A stretch of 64,000 nucleotides of DNA from Methanobacteriota archaeon (GTDB taxonomy: Archaea > Halobacteriota > Bog-38 > Methanoflorentales > Methanoflorentaceae). The stretch is taken from positions 224,001-288,000 of the forward strand of contig OY970393.1 in NCBI GenBank assembly GCA_963720465.1, written 5' to 3'. A program made the position numbers and the translations under genes. Below the pieces are notes generated by a model. It had not been told where the DNA came from, searched no databases, and was given only the letters and a program-made list of their open reading frames with translations. Every line of letters begins with the position of its first letter. Position 1 is the first letter of the stretch. Of this stretch, positions 58,072 to 64,000 are shown piece by piece.

Positions 58072-59349
58072 ATGAACGTGAAGGTCTCGCAATCCATCAT
58101 TCGCGGCAAGCTCGACGCACCTCCATCAAAAAGCTACACCCATCGCGCTATAGTCATGGCCAGCTTAGCAAAGACTTCACGTATAATCAAGCCTCTGGTC
58201 TCTGCGGACACGTGCGCGACGGTAAGCGCGTGTGAGACGATCGGTGCGACGATAAATCCCGTCGGTGACGCGTTTTTTATCGACGGCGTGCAAGGAAAGC
58301 CGCAAAGGCCTGAGAATGTTATAGATTGCCAGAACTCCGGGACGACGTTGCGCTTTCTGATGGGCGTGTCCTCCTTAATTGACGGTACGACAGTTTTGAC
58401 CGGGGATGCGTCGCTGAGGACTCGACCGAGCTCTCAGCTTATTGACGCTCTCAATGAACTCGGCGCAAAGGTTCTTTCGACGAAGTCGAATGGCACCGCG
58501 CCTCTGATCGTCCAAGGCGTACTTTCAGGCGGAAAATCAACGCTCACGAATCCGATGAGCTCTCAGTTTTTATCATCGCTTCTGATAGCCTGTCCATTGT
58601 GTCAAACTGATAGTATGCTGACCGTCCACAACCTTACGTCGCGCCCTTACGTTGACATGACACTCGAACTGTTGAACAACGCACAAATCAACGTAAGCAC
58701 CGATTATCACGAATTTATGATCCCCTGCTGCCAGCAATATGCAGAAACAGATTTTCAGATTCCCGGCGACTTTTCATCGGCAGCCTTTCATTTGAGTGCC
58801 GCAGCAATAACTAATTCTCGCGTGAGCGTGCACAACCTCTCTGAATCGAAACAAGGTGATGAGAAAATTGTCCCCATTCTCAAAGAGATGGGGGCACATA
58901 TTTCTTGGGAGGGTGATGTCGTCACTGCAGATGGTGCCGAGCTCCAGGGCATCGCGATTGACGCAGGTGACGTGCCAGATCTTGTTCCTATACTTGCGGT
59001 TCTAGGCGCATACGCTCAAGGCACTACCGACATTTCAAACGTAGCACACCTGCGCTACAAAGAGACTGATCGACTCGTCGCTATAATAACGGAGCTGAGA
59101 AAGATGCAGGTGGATATCAAAAAGGTGGACGACACGTTGCGAATCGAGGGTGGAAAGCCGCAGGGAGCTAGTTTGAGCGGATACGGCGACCATCGCATCG
59201 TTATGGCGCTTGCGGTCGCAGCGCTGGGAGCCGACGGGGAGACCCAGATCGACACTGCAGAATCGGTGAAAGTGTCATACCCGGACTTCTTTGATGATAT
59301 CTTCGCCCTCGGAGCAAATCTCGAGCAGACGAGCATTGAGACTCTCTAA
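58072..59349 (+). CDS. aroA: EPSP synthase
   Basis: PPSKS.THR, NSGTT.R, SSQF.S.LL, PGDFSSA, LR.KETDR, DHRI.MA, SYP.FF. Confidence 0.96.
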   Translation: MNVKVSQSIIRGKLDAPPSKSYTHRAIVMASLAKTSRIIKPLVSADTCATVSACETIGATINPVGDAFFIDGVQGKPQRPENVIDCQNSGTTLRFLMGVSSLIDGTTVLTGDASLRTRPSSQLIDALNELGAKVLSTKSNGTAPLIVQGVLSGGKSTLTNPMSSQFLSSLLIACPLCQTDSMLTVHNLTSRPYVDMTLELLNNAQINVSTDYHEFMIPCCQQYAETDFQIPGDFSSAAFHLSAAAITNSRVSVHNLSESKQGDEKIVPILKEMGAHISWEGDVVTADGAELQGIAIDAGDVPDLVPILAVLGAYAQGTTDISNVAHLRYKETDRLVAIITELRKMQVDIKKVDDTLRIEGGKPQGASLSGYGDHRIVMALAVAALGADGETQIDTAESVKVSYPDFFDDIFALGANLEQTSIETL

Positions 59350-59373
59350 AGCTCACTGCGGGGGACTTGCTTC

Positions 59374-60465
59374 ATGAACACTTGGGGACACATTTTTCGG
59401 GTAACGACGTGGGGTGAGAGCCACGGTCAAGCAGTGGGAGCGGTTATCGATGGGTGCCCGGCGGGATTGCGGATAACCCACGAGGACATTCAAAAAGAGC
59501 TCGATCGAAGACGTCCAGGTCAAAGCACTATAACGACACCACGTTCCGAAAAGGATACCGCGCACATACTCTCGGGCATCTACCAAGACAAGACGCTCGG
59601 CACCCCGATTTCAATCATCATCCGGAATGAAGACGTCGACTCGCGGGGCTACGATGAGTTGCGTCACGTGCCGCGGCCCGGCCACGCGGACTACACGTTC
59701 CACGTGAAATACGGGTGGCGAGATCACCGCGGCGGAGGGAGAGCATCAGCCCGAGAGACCGCCTCCCGCGTTGCTGCGGGGGCGGTGGCAAAGAAACTGC
59801 TCGAGCATCGCGAGATCCGCGTTCTCGGGCACGTTATCGATATCCACGGGATACAATCCAAGTTCGTCTTTGAGAGTCCCGAAGATCTGCTCCTCGCTGA
59901 GAAGAGCATCGTAAAATGCTGTGACGCGGCCGCATCGGACGAGATGGTCGCGTGCATCGAACGCATGAAAGAAGCTGGTGACAGCGTCGGTGGTATTGCC
60001 GAAATCGTTGCTTTCAATGTCCCTCCGGGTGTCGGCGAGCCGGTGTTCGGTAAACTCGATGCAGAATTGGGTAAGGCCCTTATGAGTATTGGCGCCGTGA
60101 AGGGCGTTGAAATTGGCGTAGGCTTCCTCGCAGCAAAACTAAAAGGGAGCGAAATGAATGATCAATTCACCACGATGGATGGCCGAATAGAACCGAAAAC
60201 GAACAGAGCTGGCGGAATTCTCGGCGGCATTTCGACAGGGGCGCCGATCATTAGCAGAATTGCGGTGAAGCCGACTCCTTCAATCGGCGTGCGACAAACC
60301 TCAGTCGATTTGGAAACGCTAGAGGAAGTCGATCTGTCGGTATCGGGCAGGCACGATCCGTGTATCCTGCCCAGAATAGTCCCGGTGGCAGAAGCAATGG
60401 TTGCTATCGTGCTTGCGGACTTAATGCTGGCGGGCGGCTTTATCCACCCGGCGCGTCTTTTGTGA
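59374..60465 (+). CDS. aroC: Chorismate synthase
   Basis: [41 protein letters not shown]. Confidence 0.97.
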   Translation: MNTWGHIFRVTTWGESHGQAVGAVIDGCPAGLRITHEDIQKELDRRRPGQSTITTPRSEKDTAHILSGIYQDKTLGTPISIIIRNEDVDSRGYDELRHVPRPGHADYTFHVKYGWRDHRGGGRASARETASRVAAGAVAKKLLEHREIRVLGHVIDIHGIQSKFVFESPEDLLLAEKSIVKCCDAAASDEMVACIERMKEAGDSVGGIAEIVAFNVPPGVGEPVFGKLDAELGKALMSIGAVKGVEIGVGFLAAKLKGSEMNDQFTTMDGRIEPKTNRAGGILGGISTGAPIISRIAVKPTPSIGVRQTSVDLETLEEVDLSVSGRHDPCILPRIVPVAEAMVAIVLADLMLAGGFIHPARLL

Positions 60466-60672
60466 TCATCATCGCTTGGCCCTAAGGTCTCTCCGCTGCG
60501 CCTTCATAACAAGGGCAGGAGCGCGTAGAAGAGTTCCTAACCGACTCTAAGTTTCTTGCGAACGATTTCCCACAACTATTTATCGCGGCCTGCGATAAAA
60601 AGTGCTTGAACTCGGCCGTTCGAGATCTTGAGAAACGAACTTGCAGGAAGCAGCGTTAGGTGTTGATCAAGC

Positions 60673-62178
60673 ATGGCACGATTTGTAATGATCTGTGGAA
60701 CGGCATCGCACGTCGGCAAAAGCGTTCTAGTTGCTGCGTTCTGCAGACTTTTGGTGGATAATGGTTACAAGGTTGCGCCGTTCAAGTCCCAAAACATGAG
60801 CTTAAACTCGTGGGTGACGGAGGACGGCGACGAAATCGGAATCGCGCAAGCCGTGCAAGCGTGGGCTGCGAGGATTCAACCGTCAGCAGACATGAATCCA
60901 GTTTTGTTGAAGCCTAAGGGGGACATGGTGTCGCAGGTGATCCTGCACGGAAAGCCCCTAGGTGATCGAAAAGTGGGCGAGTATTATGACTCAACAGAAG
61001 CTATTTTTTTGCATGTCTGCGAGTCATTAAAAGCGCTTGCTCGTTCATACGAGGTCATCGTAATGGAGGGCGCCGGCAGCCCAGCAGAAATCAACCTCTA
61101 CGAGCAGGACATCGCAAACCTACGCGTCGCACGCAGTGCCGATGCCCCTGTAGTCCTAGTCGGCGATATCGAGCGAGGCGGCGTTTTTGCCAGCCTTTAT
61201 GGAACGGTGCAATTGCTGGCAGAGGACGATCAGAAACGCATCAAAGGCTTCATCATCAATAAGTTCCGAGGCGATGAGAAGCTGCTTGAGCCAGGCCTAA
61301 CACAGCTCGAGGAGCTCACCGGGATCCCTGTTCTGGGCGTCATTCCATACGTGAACGTGCGATTGCCGTCTGAAGATTCCGTTTCGCTTGGTGACACGCT
61401 GCCGGCCGCATACAGCGTGCTCGACATCGCAGTGATCAGGCTTCCACATATCTCCAATTTCACCGATTTTGAACCGCTTGAAGCAGTTGCCCGAGTTAGA
61501 TATGTTTCGTTAGATGATGATCTCGATGAGCCCGACGCCATAATTATTCCTGGCACGAAGAACACGGTTGACGATTTGAGAGCAATGCGTCGCTCTGGCA
61601 TGGATAAGCGCATCGAGGCGCGTGCTGGAGTAATCCCCATCATCGGAATCTGCGGGGGATTTCAGATGCTTGGAGAGACAATAACTGACGAAGGCTATGA
61701 GGGAACGCAAAACCAGAGCAATGTCGTAGAAGGGTTGCGGCTGCTGCATGCGCGGACCGTTTTCAATTCTTCTGAAAAAAGAACGAAGCAGGTGGAAAAA
61801 CGCGTCACCGGAACGGGGCCGGTGCTCGACCACCTGAGAAACCAAACCGTGCGGGGGTACGAGATTCACATGGGCACCACAACATCTGCGCTTCCGATAT
61901 TTGGCGATGATGGAGGGCAGGATGCCACAGGCCTCGTATTAGGTACTTACTTGCACGGCTTGTTCCACAACGACAACTTTCGCTCTGCTTTGTTGGAGAA
62001 CCTGCACTCTAAACGTATGGAAAAGCCACACGGTGCACGCCGCGCTGCTCCCCAGCGGTCCACTGCATTAGAGGGCCAGCTGCCCTCCGATCAAGGTGTA
62101 GATCCCTTTGATGAGCTGGCGTGCGTCGTCCTCGAACACGTGGACATGGAAGCGCTATACTCGATTATCGGATTATGA
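60673..62178 (+). CDS. cobQ: Cobyric acid synthase
   Basis: GT.S.VGKS, PFKSQNM, NPVLLKP, EGAGSPAE.NL, ISNFTD, GICGG.QMLG, GYEIH.G, GTYLHG. Confidence 0.95.
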   Translation: MARFVMICGTASHVGKSVLVAAFCRLLVDNGYKVAPFKSQNMSLNSWVTEDGDEIGIAQAVQAWAARIQPSADMNPVLLKPKGDMVSQVILHGKPLGDRKVGEYYDSTEAIFLHVCESLKALARSYEVIVMEGAGSPAEINLYEQDIANLRVARSADAPVVLVGDIERGGVFASLYGTVQLLAEDDQKRIKGFIINKFRGDEKLLEPGLTQLEELTGIPVLGVIPYVNVRLPSEDSVSLGDTLPAAYSVLDIAVIRLPHISNFTDFEPLEAVARVRYVSLDDDLDEPDAIIIPGTKNTVDDLRAMRRSGMDKRIEARAGVIPIIGICGGFQMLGETITDEGYEGTQNQSNVVEGLRLLHARTVFNSSEKRTKQVEKRVTGTGPVLDHLRNQTVRGYEIHMGTTTSALPIFGDDGGQDATGLVLGTYLHGLFHNDNFRSALLENLHSKRMEKPHGARRAAPQRSTALEGQLPSDQGVDPFDELACVVLEHVDMEALYSIIGL

Positions 62179-62181
62179 TCA

Positions 62182-63144
62182 ATGTTTTCTTGGCTTCTCG
62201 TTCAGATCTCGATTCTTTTCGTTGCGTTGGCACTCGACGTGTTTCTCGGCGAACCTCCAGCCGTGGCGCATCCGGTTGTGTGGATGGGGAGGATCGTGAC
62301 AATCCTGGAACGAGGCTTGTACGGGGGGACTGATAATGCACAGCGCCTCAAGGGGGCCGCTCTCGCGATAGGCCTTACCGTAACCTTTACCGTACCGGTC
62401 GCGCTTTTCCAGTGGCTAGGCTACCAAATCGCAAGCGGAAACGTCGTGCTGCTGTTGGGCTACGTCGGGCTCAGTGCTTACTTACTCAAGATATCGTTCA
62501 CGATATTCACGCTGCAAAAAGAGGCCAGCAGGGTGACAGATCTCGCCTACACAGACATCGATGCGGCCCGGTCGCACCTACGCGCGCTCGTCAGCAGGGA
62601 AAGGTTGCATCTCGACCGCGAACGCGTGTTGTCGAGTGTGTGTGAGTCAGTCGGTGAGAACACTGTTGACAGTGTAGTTTCTCCCCTTCTGTTCTTTGCC
62701 GTTTTTGGAGTAGCAGGCGCGCTCTGTTATCGTGCCGTGAACACCCTTGATTCGATGCTTGGCTACAGAGATCACAGACTACATGCCGGCTTGTTTTCAG
62801 CCCGACTGGATGACATTTTCAACTACCTTCCCACCCGCTTGGCGATCGTTCCAATGTTGCTAGGATTTCGCATGGTTTCTGGCAAACCGGCCTGCGACGA
62901 GGCATGGAACGTTTTGAAAACGGACCGGCACAAAAAATCAGCCGTTAACTCAGGGATCCCTGTCGCCCTATTCGCAGGGGGATTGGGCGTGACGCTAATC
63001 AAGCCATCAAGTTATGAAATCGGCGACGGTCGAGATAACATAACGAAGGCCACTGTCAACCATGCCCTTAGCGTTATGCTGATTACGTCGATGTTTACCG
63101 TCTCACTCGCCGTCTTGTTTTTGTGCGGAAGAGCCTTGACGTGA
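62182..63144 (+). CDS. cbiB: Adenosylcobinamide-phosphate synthase CbiB
   Basis: GEP....HPV...G, LVSR, ES..EN..D, YR.VNTLDSM.GY, ARLDD..N..P.R, NSG.P. Confidence 0.92.
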   Translation: MFSWLLVQISILFVALALDVFLGEPPAVAHPVVWMGRIVTILERGLYGGTDNAQRLKGAALAIGLTVTFTVPVALFQWLGYQIASGNVVLLLGYVGLSAYLLKISFTIFTLQKEASRVTDLAYTDIDAARSHLRALVSRERLHLDRERVLSSVCESVGENTVDSVVSPLLFFAVFGVAGALCYRAVNTLDSMLGYRDHRLHAGLFSARLDDIFNYLPTRLAIVPMLLGFRMVSGKPACDEAWNVLKTDRHKKSAVNSGIPVALFAGGLGVTLIKPSSYEIGDGRDNITKATVNHALSVMLITSMFTVSLAVLFLCGRALT

Positions 63145-63217
63145 CCTGCGATTAGGGGCATACGTGGCTCAATAACGCAAACAAGTTAAACTAAGAGCGC
63201 ACAGTTGTGTCCTGGAC

Positions 63218-63712
63218 ATGCTTCAAGGAATAGAGACGCGAGCACTCACCAAACACGCAGATGAGCGAGGGTTTTTCACAGAATTAGTCAGGCAAGATTG
63301 GATCGCTGATGATTCCCTGCAGCAATGCAATTTTTCCATCACGTATCCAGACGTCGTTAGAGCATGGCACAAGCACATTAGGGGACAGACGGACTACTTC
63401 GTCGTTTTGCGCGGGGCGATTAAGCTATGTGCGTATGATGATGCGACCGCAGAACTTAATGAAATCATTCTCACGAGCGGCGTCTCGCAGTCAGCACGGA
63501 TTCCCGGACATTACTGGCACGGATTTAGGGTTCTTGGTGAACAGCGAGCATATTTAGTTTACTTCGTTAACAACCTCTACGAGTACGCTACGCCTGACGA
63601 GGAGCGACGTCCGTGGAATGATCCCACAATCTGCCCCTCTATTATAAATGGCGAGATGCAGGACGTCCGTTGCGGGAAACCGTGGGACTGGATGCAAACC
63701 AGCTACAAATAG
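63218..63712 (+). CDS. RmlC-like dTDP-4-dehydrorhamnose 3,5-epimerase family cupin
   Basis: DERGFF.E, Q.N.S, VRAWH.H, IPG..WHGF, DE.R. Confidence 0.85.
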   Translation: MLQGIETRALTKHADERGFFTELVRQDWIADDSLQQCNFSITYPDVVRAWHKHIRGQTDYFVVLRGAIKLCAYDDATAELNEIILTSGVSQSARIPGHYWHGFRVLGEQRAYLVYFVNNLYEYATPDEERRPWNDPTICPSIINGEMQDVRCGKPWDWMQTSYK

Positions 63713-63778
63713 CGCAAAGAACGCAGTGGTGCTCTGGACGCGAAACAAGAAAGGTAAAAAAGAGGGTAGGAGGTTTGA

Positions 63779-63985
63779 ATGACTGAATTGCCTATTGCTC
63801 CTGTTGATAGGATTATAAGAAAAGCGGGCGCTGAACGTGTAAGCCAAGAGGCAGCGGAAGCCCTTGCCAATGTTATGGAAAACTATGTAATTGATCTCAC
63901 CGAGAGGGCTTTAATACTGGCGCAGCACGCGGGGAGAAAAACCATTCGCGTCGATGACGTCCGCTTGGCCGCATCGCGAAGTTAA
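63779..63985 (+). CDS. Archaeal histone (HMf type)
   Basis: ELPIAPV.RIIRKAGAERVS..A...HAGRKT...DD; GGAGG RBS. Confidence 0.95.
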   Translation: MTELPIAPVDRIIRKAGAERVSQEAAEALANVMENYVIDLTERALILAQHAGRKTIRVDDVRLAASRS

Positions 63986-64000
63986 GATGGATCTTTCGAG

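Noticed and set aside
1-64000. CRISPR array, rRNA, integrase/transposase or defence system
   Set aside because: No regularly spaced repeats, rRNA signatures or recombinase/transposase motifs were seen.
1-64000. Genome-wide TAG/pyrrolysine recoding
   Set aside because: TAG-terminated genes (e.g. mtnA, cdrS, rio2, leuD-type) end at expected family lengths; no gene appears interrupted by an in-frame TAG.

Overview
Archaeal chromosomal core-genome segment, about 50% GC. It most plausibly comes from a methanogen-like Halobacteriota lineage (inference from a methanogenesis-marker-9 domain protein, cofD, an HMf-type histone, cdrS-ftsZ2, aTrm56, TFE and GGR). It holds about 75 CDS and 8 tRNAs, one with a BHB intron. 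Main blocks: the PCNA-priL-priS-GINS-L44e-S27e-aIF2a-Nop10-PAC2 superoperon, aIF5A-agmatinase-DHS, pyrBI, cobamide genes, aroAC, a small glycosylation cluster and Rio1/Rio2. No CRISPR array, rRNA or intact mobile element was seen. The best candidate for an undescribed system is a compact locus encoding a Re-citrate-synthase-like enzyme, a LeuCD-type hydratase with an unusual specificity loop, an IDH-like dehydrogenase and a small Cys-rich ORF, with a divergent LarA; this could be an archaeal Re-citrate route to 2-oxoglutarate. Other leads are an LpdD-like/UbiX/UbiD operon, a repeated operator-like array upstream of cdrS-ftsZ2, a probable CUG start for aIF1A, a cysteine-less HMA protein, a divergent fumarase alpha subunit and a GC-rich structured segment behind tRNA-Phe. 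Three conserved genes (priL, trm56, aIF1A) are frameshifted at short repeats, which may be assembly errors. All product calls come from motif recognition by eye; no database searches were run.
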